A stretch of 64,000 nt of DNA from Neisseria sp. (GCF_030527965.1 NZ_JAUMZU010000001.1:86141-150140), one strand, 5' to 3'; counted from the first letter of the stretch, positions 38,147 to 48,824 are shown. The notes: generated by a model from the letters alone, not told the origin. Translations and numbers: made by a program.

Positions 38147-38614
38147 TCAGCGGTAAAATTCATCGCGCTTGATAGTGCGCAAAACTTTTGCCGGCACGCC
38201 TACCGCCAAAGAAGACGGCGGTATGTCTTTTACCACAACGGCATTGGCGCCGATAACGGAATCTGAGCCTACCTTCACGTCGCCTATCAATTTCACGCCG
38301 GTAGCCAGCATCACATTATCGCCGACGGTAGGATAAGTGTGATTGAAGGTACCGTCATCTCCTAAGGTAACCCCATTGAAAATCTTACAATTTTCACCCA
38401 CTACCGCGTTATAGCCGATGGTAATATTATAATGGTGGGCAAAATGAGATCCTTTACCGATTTTAGCTGCCGGATGAATATCGCTCGAAAATATCATGCG
38501 GCCAAGCATATAAACCAAATAGCCCAAAGGTCGGGTCAATTTATTGCTATAAAGCTTGTGTGAAATACGGTAGGTCAACATCAAATGTGTTGCGGGCAGG
38601 AGTAAGCTTTTCAT
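38147..38614 (-). CDS. Hexapeptide-repeat O-acetyltransferase (short CysE/WcaB/NodL-like)
   Basis: 155 aa; IHPAAKIGKG..., left-handed beta-helix hexapeptide repeats; too short for true serine acetyltransferase; lies between rluD and pgeF. Confidence 0.7.
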   Translation of the reverse strand: MKSLLLPATHLMLTYRISHKLYSNKLTRPLGYLVYMLGRMIFSSDIHPAAKIGKGSHFAHHYNITIGYNAVVGENCKIFNGVTLGDDGTFNHTYPTVGDNVMLATGVKLIGDVKVGSDSVIGANAVVVKDIPPSSLAVGVPAKVLRTIKRDEFYR

Positions 38615-38733
38615 ATGGGGGTCTCTAAAGTTGTATTTGAAAATTATGTAAATTCAAGCGGATAAAATTAACACTACTTTATTTTTATAAGCATTTGTTG
38701 AAACCTGGCAAAAAATTTACTCGGAAACACAAA

Positions 38734-39513
38734 ATGGAAAATTTTAATTTTAAACAAGTAGCTAATATGAATTATATACCAAAAGCATTTTTTACCGCTA
38801 CATGGCCTGCACCTAAAAATGTAAAGGTTTTTATGACTACGCGAAAGGGCGGTAAAAGCAACGGTTGTTTTAGTAGCCTGAACGTAGGTATGCATGTCGG
38901 AGATGACCCCGAAGCAGTAAAGCAAAATCGCGCTTTGGTACAAGAAAAGGTCGGGCTGCCCTTGGCCTTTCTTAATCAGACTCATAGTGCCACAGTAATA
39001 CGGGCCGAAGATGCTGTTGAAAAATTGTGGGATGCAGATGCGAGTGTTGACGATACTGGGCGTGCGGCGTGCGTTGTCATGACTGCGGATTGTTTGCCCG
39101 TTTTATTCTGCGATAACGCCGGCACGGTTGTGGCGGCCGCTCATGCAGGTTGGCGCGGTTTGGCAAATGGTGTTTTGGAAAACACTGTGGCCGCGATGAA
39201 GGTAAACCCGATAGAAATTATGGCTTATTTCGGCCCGGCCATCGGCCCGGATGCGTTTGAAGTGGGTAATGAGGTGCGCGAAGCGTTTTGCCGTAAAATG
39301 CCAAAGGCTGAAAGCGCATTCCAAAGCATTTCCGATGATAAATATTTAGCGGATATCTATCAGCTTGCCCGTCTGGTTTTACAACAACAAGGCGTTACTC
39401 AGATTTATGGCGGAGAACATTGTACGGTATTGGAGCGAGACAATTTCTTTTCTTATCGTCGCGATGGGCAAACCGGCAGAATGGCCAGTATTATTTGGTT
39501 GGATAATGAGTAA
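38734..39513 (+). CDS. pgeF: Peptidoglycan editing factor PgeF (YfiH, DUF152)
   Basis: VMTADCLPVLFCD...AHAGWRGL conserved YfiH motifs; start ambiguous (38695/38734/38767). Confidence 0.8.
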   Translation: MENFNFKQVANMNYIPKAFFTATWPAPKNVKVFMTTRKGGKSNGCFSSLNVGMHVGDDPEAVKQNRALVQEKVGLPLAFLNQTHSATVIRAEDAVEKLWDADASVDDTGRAACVVMTADCLPVLFCDNAGTVVAAAHAGWRGLANGVLENTVAAMKVNPIEIMAYFGPAIGPDAFEVGNEVREAFCRKMPKAESAFQSISDDKYLADIYQLARLVLQQQGVTQIYGGEHCTVLERDNFFSYRRDGQTGRMASIIWLDNE

Positions 39514-39660
39514 TTTTTTAGAATAAGTAACGTTTATTTGTTCAAGAATACGGTTTTTCAGACAGGCATATGCCTGTCTGAAAAGCTAATCTGTAAACCG
39601 AGAGAAAACGAATTTCAGCTATAATACGGCTTTCCGTTTTGCGTTCGATAAAGAAACAAT

Positions 39661-41067
39661 ATGAATGATTACAGCTATATAACTGCTTCTGACGATGAAG
39701 TAAGCGCCTTATCGTTACCTCCGCATTCGGTTGAGGCCGAGCAATCGGTATTGGGCGGCCTGATGCTGGAGAACCAAGCTTGGGATCGGATTGCCGATGT
39801 GGTAACGGGCGAAGACTTTTACCGTCACGAACACCGTCTGATTTTCCGTGCCATCGCATCTTTGGTCAACGAAAATAGGCCTGCCGATGTCATTACCGTG
39901 CAAGAAGTATTGGAACGCAGCGAAGAATTGGAACATGCGGGCGGGTTCAACTATCTGGTTACTTTGGCGCAGAATACACCTTCCGCAGCCAACATTCGCC
40001 GCTATGCCGAAATTGTGCGCGAGCGCTCGGTTATGCGCCAGCTTGCCGAAGTGGGCACCGAAATCGCCCGCAGCGCATACAATCCTCAGGGTAGAGATGC
40101 GGATAAATTGCTGGACGAAGCGGAAAACAAAGTCTTCCAGATTGCCGAAAGCACTGCCAAAGCTAAGCAAGGCTTTTTAAATATGCCGGACTTGCTCAAA
40201 GAAGTAGTAGAGCGGATTGATATGCTTTATTCACGGGATAACCCAGACGAAGTAACCGGAGTTGCAACCGGCTTTATCGATTTGGATAAGAAAACATCAG
40301 GCTTGCAGGGCGGCGACTTGATTATTGTAGCGGGCAGGCCTTCTATGGGAAAAACCGCATTTTCCATCAATATTGCAGAACATGTTGCCGTTGAAAACAA
40401 GCTGCCGGTTGCCGTTTTTTCCATGGAGATGGGCGGCGCTCAACTGGTAATGCGGATGTTGGGTTCCATCGGCCGGCTTGACCAAAGCGTGCTTAAAACC
40501 GGTGCCTTGAAAGACGAACATTGGGGGCGTTTAAATGACGCGGTGGTTAAACTTTCCGATGCACCTATGTTTATCGATGAAACACCGGGTTTAACCGCTT
40601 TGGAATTACGCGCGAGAGCAAGGCGGCTGGCCCGGCAGTTCGGCGGTAAACTAGGCTTGATTGTGATTGATTACCTGCAATTAATGTCCGGCTCGGGGCG
40701 CGGCGACAACCGTGCATCCGAATTGGGCGAAATTTCCCGTTCGCTCAAATCACTGGCTAAAGAATTGCAAGTTCCAGTCATTGCACTTTCCCAATTAAGC
40801 CGTACAGTCGAACAGCGTACGGACAAACGCCCTATGATGTCAGATTTGCGAGAGTCAGGTGCGATTGAGCAAGATGCTGATTTGATTATGTTTATGTATC
40901 GTGACGAATATTATAACGCCGAATCGCAGTTCAAAGGCCTGGCCGAATGTATTATCGGTAAAAATCGTAACGGGCCGGTCGGCAAAGTAGTATTGACTTG
41001 GACCGGCCAATTTACCAAATTCGACAATGCAGCATTTGTGCCGGAATTAGCCGCAATGGAAGATTAA
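39661..41067 (+). CDS. dnaB: Replicative DNA helicase DnaB
   Basis: 468 aa; Walker A GRPSMGKTAF, canonical DnaB; no intein. Confidence 0.95.
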   Translation: MNDYSYITASDDEVSALSLPPHSVEAEQSVLGGLMLENQAWDRIADVVTGEDFYRHEHRLIFRAIASLVNENRPADVITVQEVLERSEELEHAGGFNYLVTLAQNTPSAANIRRYAEIVRERSVMRQLAEVGTEIARSAYNPQGRDADKLLDEAENKVFQIAESTAKAKQGFLNMPDLLKEVVERIDMLYSRDNPDEVTGVATGFIDLDKKTSGLQGGDLIIVAGRPSMGKTAFSINIAEHVAVENKLPVAVFSMEMGGAQLVMRMLGSIGRLDQSVLKTGALKDEHWGRLNDAVVKLSDAPMFIDETPGLTALELRARARRLARQFGGKLGLIVIDYLQLMSGSGRGDNRASELGEISRSLKSLAKELQVPVIALSQLSRTVEQRTDKRPMMSDLRESGAIEQDADLIMFMYRDEYYNAESQFKGLAECIIGKNRNGPVGKVVLTWTGQFTKFDNAAFVPELAAMED

Positions 41068-41222
41068 AAAGCCTGATTTGTTGCAAAATTTCGGGCAGGC
41101 CGGATGAAAAAGGCCGATTTCAACATAAATCATTAGGCGGGTAGGCGGACTATCGTTTAAAATGGGGTAAATTTTTAACAACGATTACGCACATTACCAA
41201 TAATAAACGTTAGGTGTTACTC

Positions 41223-41891
41223 ATGCGTTCACAACAAAAAGGTTTTACCTTAGTCGAATTGATGGTGGTGGTTGCCATATTCGCCATCATATCCCTTATT
41301 GCCTATCCCAATATGACCGAATGGATTGCCGAGCGACGCATTGCCAATAAAGCGGAGCAAATGGCGAATATGTTCCGCCTCGCAAGAGGAGAAGCGGTAC
41401 GGATTGGCGTGCCAGTTTATATCTGTCCCGTAAATCTTTCTGATGCCGGCAGCCCTAATTTTTATTGCCAAACTTCATCTCCTGAAGGTTATGCAGCGTT
41501 TGCAGATGTCAACAAGGATAATAAATTTACCAAAGATGTTGATCTTCCTTTAAGAACAGTAGTATTGAATACGCCTTCACGAGCAACTATGCGTTATCTA
41601 TTTGATAATTTAAGCGCCAATTACAGTATTATCAGAAGCGGTAGTGAACAAGCACGTGCAGCAGGATATTTGCCTAACGGATCATTTCTAAGAGCTAACT
41701 ATGCTACTGACGGTACGATTACTACAAATCCCGCAAACAGTATCATCAAAATTGTTTTGACAGATATAGAACCAAAGGACAAGGAAAAGAGCAGAGCACA
41801 AGTGATGTTGTTGGATAGTAGTGGCAGGGTTCAGTTTTGCAAAAAATCAGAAATTGCGGATGCTGCTAATAAAAAATGCACTTTCCAATAA
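41223..41891 (+). CDS. pilH: Type IV pilus minor pilin FimT/PilH (GspH-like)
   Basis: Prepilin leader MRSQQKG|FTLVELMVV; track start 41214 is GTG. Confidence 0.75.
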   Translation: MRSQQKGFTLVELMVVVAIFAIISLIAYPNMTEWIAERRIANKAEQMANMFRLARGEAVRIGVPVYICPVNLSDAGSPNFYCQTSSPEGYAAFADVNKDNKFTKDVDLPLRTVVLNTPSRATMRYLFDNLSANYSIIRSGSEQARAAGYLPNGSFLRANYATDGTITTNPANSIIKIVLTDIEPKDKEKSRAQVMLLDSSGRVQFCKKSEIADAANKKCTFQ

Positions 41892-41947
41892 ATATAGAAT
41901 TGAAAATTTAATCTATTATTCATAATTTGAATGAGAGAGTTTAAACA

Positions 41948-42616
41948 ATGAAAAGAAAAATCAATCAATTAAAAACATATACGGGCAGATTCACCTTGAT
42001 TCGCAAACAGCAAGGCTCAACTTTAATTGAGGTTCTGGTTTCCATGCTGATGTTGGGTCTCGGCGTGTTGGTTTTACTAGCAACTCAATTGAAAACTGTG
42101 GCAGGCGTAAGAGAAGCGGAAAATCAGACAATTGTTGCTCAGGCCACGCAAAATCTGATTGAAGGTATGTTGGCCAACCCTAAACTCAAGTTAACCAAAT
42201 TGAACACAGCTAATATTAGTGGTGGAATTGAATGGAATAGTAAGAATTATGATATTTATAGCGGAAATATCAATAGCGTAAATCCTGATTCCTGCACTGG
42301 ATTGACAAGTAAAAACGATCTTAATAAAACCAATTTGGCACTGGAGCAAATGTGTGACTTCAGAAAAGCTCTAAAGACAAATTTACCGGATGCAACCTTC
42401 CATATTAATATCTGCCGGGATAGTAGTAATCAAAAACCAACGGTCTCCTCAGGAGGAAATGTTGATTGGCATTGTGTGGCAACGACAAAAGATACACCCT
42501 ATACTGTGGTAAAAATTTTATGGCAAATGGACACTGAAAACGAAGAAAATGCTAAAGGGGTTACGGTTGTCGATGGTAAAGCGGTTTACACTTATCAGGC
42601 GCGAGTTACGGATTAA
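41948..42616 (+). CDS. pilV: Type IV pilus minor pilin PilV (PilI)
   Basis: Class III signal ...KQQG|STLIEVLV with unusually long leader; operon position. Confidence 0.65.
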   Translation: MKRKINQLKTYTGRFTLIRKQQGSTLIEVLVSMLMLGLGVLVLLATQLKTVAGVREAENQTIVAQATQNLIEGMLANPKLKLTKLNTANISGGIEWNSKNYDIYSGNINSVNPDSCTGLTSKNDLNKTNLALEQMCDFRKALKTNLPDATFHINICRDSSNQKPTVSSGGNVDWHCVATTKDTPYTVVKILWQMDTENEENAKGVTVVDGKAVYTYQARVTD

Positions 42617-42620
42617 TGAG

Positions 42621-43709
42621 ATGAAAAATAAAAAAATATATTTTAACCAATATACGGGAAAACCGAAGGGCTTCTCTATCATAGAATTTATGATTGCAAG
42701 CTTGCTTAGTGTCATCGTATTGATTGCCGTAGGTTCAGGTTATTTCGCAGCCAGAAAAGTTAACGATGTTGCGATTGCTCGTTTAAATGCACAACAAGAC
42801 ATCCGTAATCTATCCAATATGATTGTCCATGATGCCCGTATGGCCGGTGATTTTGGTTGTTTCAATTTAAGTAACTTAGGCGGGGCAAATATCGCTGTTG
42901 AAAACGAATTGGGGCAGGGGAATAGTATTCTTAATTTAAAAGATTTTTTATTTTCCGGTACCGCTGGCAATACCAATGCGATCAAGCTTTCCGAAGGTGT
43001 GAAAAGTATCGCCCAAAGTAAATTTTCACAAATAGTTACGGTAAATAATTTTACAGCACAATCCGATGCATTGGTGTTTCAATATGGAGATGGCTCGCCT
43101 GCTATTACGGGTCTGACCTCAAATAAAATTGAAATTGAGCCGGCGCAGGATTCTATCGCTCCAACATTAACGGCAAATGCTCCGATTGCAGTTAGTACCT
43201 GTAATACATTGAGTTTGCATAAAGTATCAGGTAGAAGTGGCAATTCCATCACATTAAACGGAGCCTTGCCTACTTCCATTTCAGCAAAAACAGCATTACC
43301 TGAAGTTTCTTTAACCAGATATATTGTAAATGTTTATGTAGTAGGAACATTAAACGGGCAACAAGGGCTTTATCGTATCCAATATGGCAATGGTTCTTGG
43401 GAAACGCCTCAATTATTGCTGCCTAACATTACAGGTATGACGATTTTATACGGTTATGTTAAGGGTTGTCCAAGCATAGATCCCGCAGCGGCGAGCTCAG
43501 CGGATGAGAACTTCAATTTTACTAACCAGCAACTGACCACCGATGCTATTCGCCCTCTGGCAAGCGTTCGTTTGGTATTGAATGGGAATAATTTGGCAGC
43601 AAGGGGAGAGCTTATGGCCAATTCGGCTTCGAAAGAAAGCGCGGGCGATGTCTATATCTATAATATTGATGCAAATATCCGCGGAGGCAACCGATGCGCA
43701 AACCGTTGA
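42621..43709 (+). CDS. pilW: Type IV pilus assembly minor pilin PilW (PilJ)
   Basis: KPKG|FSIIEFMIA prepilin-like N-terminus; ATG 42621 immediately after pilV stop. Confidence 0.65.
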   Translation: MKNKKIYFNQYTGKPKGFSIIEFMIASLLSVIVLIAVGSGYFAARKVNDVAIARLNAQQDIRNLSNMIVHDARMAGDFGCFNLSNLGGANIAVENELGQGNSILNLKDFLFSGTAGNTNAIKLSEGVKSIAQSKFSQIVTVNNFTAQSDALVFQYGDGSPAITGLTSNKIEIEPAQDSIAPTLTANAPIAVSTCNTLSLHKVSGRSGNSITLNGALPTSISAKTALPEVSLTRYIVNVYVVGTLNGQQGLYRIQYGNGSWETPQLLLPNITGMTILYGYVKGCPSIDPAAASSADENFNFTNQQLTTDAIRPLASVRLVLNGNNLAARGELMANSASKESAGDVYIYNIDANIRGGNRCANR

Positions 43710-44278
43710 TTATGGCTCTACCGAAAAAGCAGCAAGGATTCTCCCTTTTCATGGTGCTGGTAATGATGCTGGTTATTGCATTTTTAGTTATAGCAGCCAC
43801 TCAATCCTATAATACCGAAATGCGGATTAGTAGTAATGACGCCGATAGAAAAAGTGCTTTTTCACTTGCCGAAGCAGCATTAAGGCAAGGGGAGTCTGAA
43901 ATTGGTAAATTTTCAAATGAAACATTTAGCGCCAATTGCACCGACGGATTATGCGTTCAATCTGAACAGGAAACTAAAAGTGAAATCACTGCTGCAGGTA
44001 ATTCTTTGAATCTTCAATTAGAAGCTTGCGGTGCAGGATGCAAGGGAATTAATGCATGGGAACGCTCCGGTGTTTTCCAAACTGTCGGTAAAGAATATAA
44101 AGTTCCAGATAATCTGTCTGCTAAACCTGCGCGTTATATTATCGAAGCTCTTGGCTCCAATACTGAATCAGATGGAACGATAAGGGTAATCTACCGTGTT
44201 ACGGCTCGTGCATGGGGTGAAAATCCGAATACTACGGTAACCCTACAATCGTATGTTGAAGGCGTATATAACCAGTAA
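43694..44278 (+). CDS. pilK: Type IV pilus minor pilin PilX/PilK-like
   Basis: KQQG|FSLFMVLVMMLV hydrophobic N-terminus; 16-nt overlap with pilW. Confidence 0.6.
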   Translation: MRKPLIMALPKKQQGFSLFMVLVMMLVIAFLVIAATQSYNTEMRISSNDADRKSAFSLAEAALRQGESEIGKFSNETFSANCTDGLCVQSEQETKSEITAAGNSLNLQLEACGAGCKGINAWERSGVFQTVGKEYKVPDNLSAKPARYIIEALGSNTESDGTIRVIYRVTARAWGENPNTTVTLQSYVEGVYNQ

Positions 44279-44300
44279 GCAGCTATAGGATTAAAAGAAT

Positions 44301-44747
44301 ATGAATATGAAAACAAAATCCCGTGGCTTTACCTTGATAGAGGTGCTTATTGCCGTTGCGATCTTGGGAATATTAGTTACTATTGCGTTACCTTCGTATA
44401 CACGCTATGTCGAACGAGGGAACGTTACGAACGCAAAAGCTGCTTTAATTCAAATTCAGCATTATGTTAAGCAACAAACTATTACTCAGCCTACATTAAG
44501 TAAGGATTCTACTAAAATTGCAGAATGGGTAACGACTGCTCAAAAAAGTGTGGATAAAACTGTAAGCGATAAGTACGACATATCATATGATAATGTGAAT
44601 AACTATATTATTGCAGTTCCCAAAGCTACCACTGGATATACTTTTGCCGCTCGAGTTGATAACTATGCCAACGCTGTTTTCTGTAAAAATGCAGAAGCTG
44701 CAAAAAGTAAAGATGGGAACTGCAAGCCAAATTTAAGCGATTTATAG
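44301..44747 (+). CDS. Type IV minor pilin (PilE/PilX-like)
   Basis: MNMKTKSRG|FTLIEVLIAVAILGIL canonical prepilin leader and N-terminal helix. Confidence 0.7.
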   Translation: MNMKTKSRGFTLIEVLIAVAILGILVTIALPSYTRYVERGNVTNAKAALIQIQHYVKQQTITQPTLSKDSTKIAEWVTTAQKSVDKTVSDKYDISYDNVNNYIIAVPKATTGYTFAARVDNYANAVFCKNAEAAKSKDGNCKPNLSDL

Positions 44748-44786
44748 TAGTTCGGATTCTTGAGAGGAAGTTGGCAAAACTTTAAA

Positions 44787-44810
44787 GCCTGTCTGAATTT
44801 TCAGACAGGC
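44787..44810. terminator. DUS inverted pair hairpin between pilin operon and rmlD (convergent)
   Basis: gcctgtctgaa tt ttcagacaggc. Confidence 0.6.
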
Positions 44811-44876
44811 TTTCTGTATTTAATTTGTTTTGAATTCAATGGAAAAGCAAGCTATTTTCATAGCTTTTATATTGAA

Positions 44877-45749
44877 TTACATGCTTTCTGATAATAAAGC
44901 CAGTACGATTTTATTCAAAGCGGCTTGCCAATCCGATACTTTCAAACCGTAAGATTTGATTTTATCGCAGCTCATCACGCTGTAAGGCGGGCGGGCGGCG
45001 GGAGTGGGGTATTCGCTGGTAGCGATGCCGTTGGTCGTGGGGGAACGAAAATCGTGTCCGCTTTGTGCAGCGGTTTGAAAGATAGCACGGGCGAAATCGC
45101 ACCAGCTAACGGATTTGTCGCCACAATAATGGTAAAGACCGATCGGAAAGTTAGGCAGCTTTAAGGCATCGATGATGGCTTGTGCCAAATCGCCGGCATA
45201 AGTAGGGTTGCCGATTTGATCGTCGACAACGTTGAGTGTGTCGCGGTCTTTGGCCAGACGAAGCATAGTTTTGACGAAATTGTTACCGTATTCCGAGAAT
45301 ACCCATGCGGTTCGGATAACCATGCTGTTGGGATTGGCGGCCAGGGCCAGTAATTCGCCGGCGAGTTTTGATTTACCGTAAACGCCGGTGGGTTCGGGGG
45401 CATCGGTTTCCATGTATGGAGTTTTGGCATGGCCTGCAAAAACATAGTCGGTTGACACATGTACGAATTTAGCGCCTACAGCTTGGGCGGCCGCAGCCAG
45501 ATTGTGGGTGCCGATTGCGTTGATTTGAAAGGCTTTGTCATGTTCGCTTTCGGCTTTGTCTACTGCGGTATAGGCGGCGGCGTTCACAACGGCATCAGGT
45601 TGAAAGTTTTTTACCATATTCATGACGCCTGCTGCATCGGTGATGTTTAAGGTTTGCGAATCGGTAGCGATTAATTCCCAGTTTTCCGGCAGCCTGTCTT
45701 TAAAACAGCGGCCCAGTTGTCCTTGTGCGCCGGTTAATAGAATTCTCAT
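44877..45749 (-). CDS. rfbD: dTDP-4-dehydrorhamnose reductase RmlD
   Basis: MRILLTGAQGQLG Rossmann N-terminus; full-length RmlD pattern. Confidence 0.9.
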   Translation of the reverse strand: MRILLTGAQGQLGRCFKDRLPENWELIATDSQTLNITDAAGVMNMVKNFQPDAVVNAAAYTAVDKAESEHDKAFQINAIGTHNLAAAAQAVGAKFVHVSTDYVFAGHAKTPYMETDAPEPTGVYGKSKLAGELLALAANPNSMVIRTAWVFSEYGNNFVKTMLRLAKDRDTLNVVDDQIGNPTYAGDLAQAIIDALKLPNFPIGLYHYCGDKSVSWCDFARAIFQTAAQSGHDFRSPTTNGIATSEYPTPAARPPYSVMSCDKIKSYGLKVSDWQAALNKIVLALLSESM

Positions 45750-45926
45750 TGTGGTATCCTTTATGTATTGATTTATGTTTGGGCGATGATGCAGGCTTGG
45801 TAAGCAAGCCTAAATGGGTCAATCATACCTTAACTGTTTGGTTTTGTGTTCAATAAGCGGATAAAATCATACTTTTTATTGACAATGTGAAAAAGCGGTT
45901 CGGGCTGATAATGCCTGTCTGAAAGG

Positions 45927-46274
45927 ATGATGATGGCGGTTGTGAAGATGCTGGCACTTTTCTGCATAACGGCGTTAATGGAAATTTTAGGCTGCTGGCT
46001 GCCTTATTATTGGTTGAGAAAGCAAGGCTCTGTTTGGCTGTTGCTGCCGGCTGTTTTGTGTTTGGCCGCGTTTTCTTGGCTGTTAACGCTTCATCCTGAA
46101 GCAAGCGGGCGAGTTTATGCGGCTTACGGCGGGGTATATGTGAGCGTGGCGCTGATCTGGCTTTGGCTTGTTGATGGCATTCGGCCGCAGTGGAGCGATT
46201 GGCTGGGCGTATTGCTTTGCTTATGTGGCATGTTGGTAATTATGCTTGGCTCAATCAAACAGAATTTGAATTAA
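45927..46274 (+). CDS. ynfA: YnfA family (UPF0060) membrane protein
   Basis: Alignment with E. coli YnfA ([18 protein letters not shown]...); start may be 45930/45933. Confidence 0.8.
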   Translation: MMMAVVKMLALFCITALMEILGCWLPYYWLRKQGSVWLLLPAVLCLAAFSWLLTLHPEASGRVYAAYGGVYVSVALIWLWLVDGIRPQWSDWLGVLLCLCGMLVIMLGSIKQNLN

Positions 46275-46456
46275 TGGCTGCTTATTTTTTAATCATTGTT
46301 TGAATTGCGATTCGTTTCAAATGGTAAGACAACTTATCCACATGCTTTGCACATGGCTGCCAACATTTATTGTGTGCTGAATAATGCTTGTCTGAACACT
46401 TATATCTGCTGTATTTATCATAACAAAATGGCTGTAAATTACACCAAGGAACCATT

Positions 46457-47773
46457 ATGCAAACTTTATCTGCCCAAGTGCGCGCTGAAAGCGCCCGGGA
46501 GCGTTTGCGCCGAAGCAGGATACTGGCTACCGGATTGCTGTTGGCAGCCTGTATATTATTCGTTGCTTCGGTTTTATACATGGAGCGTTTTCCCGTTTTA
46601 GCTTATCTGAAGGCTTTTTCTGAAGCGGCTATGGTGGGGGCGTTGGCCGATTGGTTTGCCGTTACGGCGTTGTTTCGACAGCCTCTCGGATTGCCGATTC
46701 CGCACACGGCGATTCTGCCGCGCAATCAGCATCGTATAGCGGAGGAGCTGGGGCGCTTTATCGAACATAATTTCCTACAGGGCAAACCGATTGCGCTGCG
46801 GGTTTATCAGGCTGAGCCGAGTGAAAAGCTGTTGAATTGGCTGAATCTGAACCGCAGCCAATGGTTGCCACAGCTGGCTGCTCAACTCCCAGCTTTGCTG
46901 AAAACCGCCAAACCGGAACAAGTGGCGCGTTTCGGCAGCCAAATGTTGGCGCAGCAATACAATGGAGACAAAATCGGCAAAACGCTGGCGGATATTCTGG
47001 CTGTGTTCAAACGGCAAGGCTTGGATGATCTGTTGTTGTGTGCTTTGATAAAACAAATACGCCGCTGGCTGAAGCACCCTGAAACGCGCGCTTTGCTTGA
47101 GCAAAGCCTGAACGAATGGGCCGTAAAAATCGAGCACGAAGCACCGAGCGCGTGGGAGAAAATCAAAGCTTCGTTAAAAGGCAGTTTGTTGGAACGGGTT
47201 GACGGATGGGTATCGGAAAAGGCGCTTGATTGGGCCGACGGATATTTGGCCGCGGCGCTTGCCGACCCGCAGCACAGGTTGCGCCGTTCGGCTGCCGCAC
47301 AGATCGACCGAATCGGCCGCGCTTTGGCTTATTCGCGCTTATGGCATAAGCGTCTGGAAGCGGGCAAACAAGAATTGGCTGCTTCTCCTGCGTTGCAGGA
47401 AGCCTTGGCCAGTTTGTGGCTGGGCTTGCAGCAATGGGCGCAAGAAGATGTGGAGCAGGCAGATTCTGTGGTGCGATTACAGCTGGAAAAATTGCTCGAC
47501 CATATGCTGCGGCAGGCGGAAGAGTATCCTCAGTTTATGCGGCGGGCCAATGTGCGCATTTCTCTGATGGTGCGCGATTTTGTGCAACGCTACAAAGATC
47601 GTGCGGCGGCTTTTGTGGCCGATAAGGTAAAAAGCTGGAATAGCGACCAAATGGTGGAAAAACTGGAGCTGAGCGTGGGTAGGGATTTGCAATTTATCCG
47701 TATTAACGGCACGTTGGTCGGCGGTTTGGTGGGTTTGCTGATTTATTGCATATCGGAATGGCTGCTGAAATGA
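46457..47773 (+). CDS. DUF445 family membrane-associated protein (YjiN-like)
   Basis: 438 aa; N-terminal TM, conserved DUF445 pattern (PHTAILPRNQ). Confidence 0.7.
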   Translation: MQTLSAQVRAESARERLRRSRILATGLLLAACILFVASVLYMERFPVLAYLKAFSEAAMVGALADWFAVTALFRQPLGLPIPHTAILPRNQHRIAEELGRFIEHNFLQGKPIALRVYQAEPSEKLLNWLNLNRSQWLPQLAAQLPALLKTAKPEQVARFGSQMLAQQYNGDKIGKTLADILAVFKRQGLDDLLLCALIKQIRRWLKHPETRALLEQSLNEWAVKIEHEAPSAWEKIKASLKGSLLERVDGWVSEKALDWADGYLAAALADPQHRLRRSAAAQIDRIGRALAYSRLWHKRLEAGKQELAASPALQEALASLWLGLQQWAQEDVEQADSVVRLQLEKLLDHMLRQAEEYPQFMRRANVRISLMVRDFVQRYKDRAAAFVADKVKSWNSDQMVEKLELSVGRDLQFIRINGTLVGGLVGLLIYCISEWLLK

Positions 47774-47987
47774 GGCAGCGGATTAACAAGCGAATGCCTG
47801 TCTGAAACTTTCAGACAGGCTTTTGTTTTGCCGGCACGGCTAATATAACCAATCCGTATTTAGATACAATTTAATATTCTTTCTCAAGCGACAGGCTTCT
47901 ATTTAAGATGCGCCTCATCAGATTGGAATGGTGCCTGTTTGTCTTCGGTTTTCAGACAGGCATTCGAATTTTTAAGGTGAATAACTT

Positions 47988-48824
47988 ATGCTGTTGCTGA
48001 AAACGCAAACCGTGCTGCCCGGTTTCAAGCTGACGCTGGGGCTGAGCGTGCTGACGCTCTCGCTTCTCGTGCTGCTGCCGTTTGCCATGCTGGCGCAAAC
48101 CGTATCCGACATGGGGTGGGGCGGTTTTGCGCAAACCATCTCCGAACCGCGGACTTTGGCGGCGGTATGGTTGACCTTGAAAACGTCTTTTTTCGCCATG
48201 CTGGCCAATGTGATTTTCGGCACCTTGGTGGCTTGGGTTTTGGTGCGATATTCGTTTTGGGGCAAGGGATTGGTTAATGCTCTGGTTGATTTGCCTTTTG
48301 CTCTGCCTACAGCGGTAACCGGCGTCGCCTTAGCCACGCTTTACGCGCCTAACGGCTGGCTTGGCCGTTGGTTTGCACCTTTAGGTATTAAAATCGCTTT
48401 TACGCCATTGGGTATTTGGGTGGCTTTGGTGGTGGTCAGTTTGCCTTTTATCGTGCGGGCGGTGCAGCCGGTTTTGGAAGAATTATCCCCTGAATATGAA
48501 GAAGCGGCGGCTACATTGGGCGCCAACCGTTTGACCGTATTGTGCCGCGTATTATTGCCGGAAATTATGCCTGCTTTGGTTACTGGCGCGGGCATGGCAT
48601 TTGCTCGTGCCACGGGGGAGTACGGCTCGGTTATTTTTATTGCCGGCAACATTCCGCTGGAATCGGAAATTTTGCCGCTGATTATCGCGGGCAAATTCGA
48701 AATGTTCGATATTCAGGGTGCTTCGGCCGTAGCGCTGTTTATGCTGATGATTTCATTTGCCATTTTGTTTATGCTGAACTTGTGGCAGTGGCACCTTAAC
48801 CGCCGCATAAAAAGGAGAAGCTGA
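47988..48824 (+). CDS. cysT: Sulfate/thiosulfate ABC transporter permease CysT (CysU)
   Basis: 278 aa; ABC permease EAA-like loop, CysT pattern. Confidence 0.9.
   Translation: MLLLKTQTVLPGFKLTLGLSVLTLSLLVLLPFAMLAQTVSDMGWGGFAQTISEPRTLAAVWLTLKTSFFAMLANVIFGTLVAWVLVRYSFWGKGLVNALVDLPFALPTAVTGVALATLYAPNGWLGRWFAPLGIKIAFTPLGIWVALVVVSLPFIVRAVQPVLEELSPEYEEAAATLGANRLTVLCRVLLPEIMPALVTGAGMAFARATGEYGSVIFIAGNIPLESEILPLIIAGKFEMFDIQGASAVALFMLMISFAILFMLNLWQWHLNRRIKRRS

Noticed and set aside
39661-41067. Intein in DnaB
   Set aside because: The length (468 aa) and a contiguous helicase sequence rule out an intein insertion.
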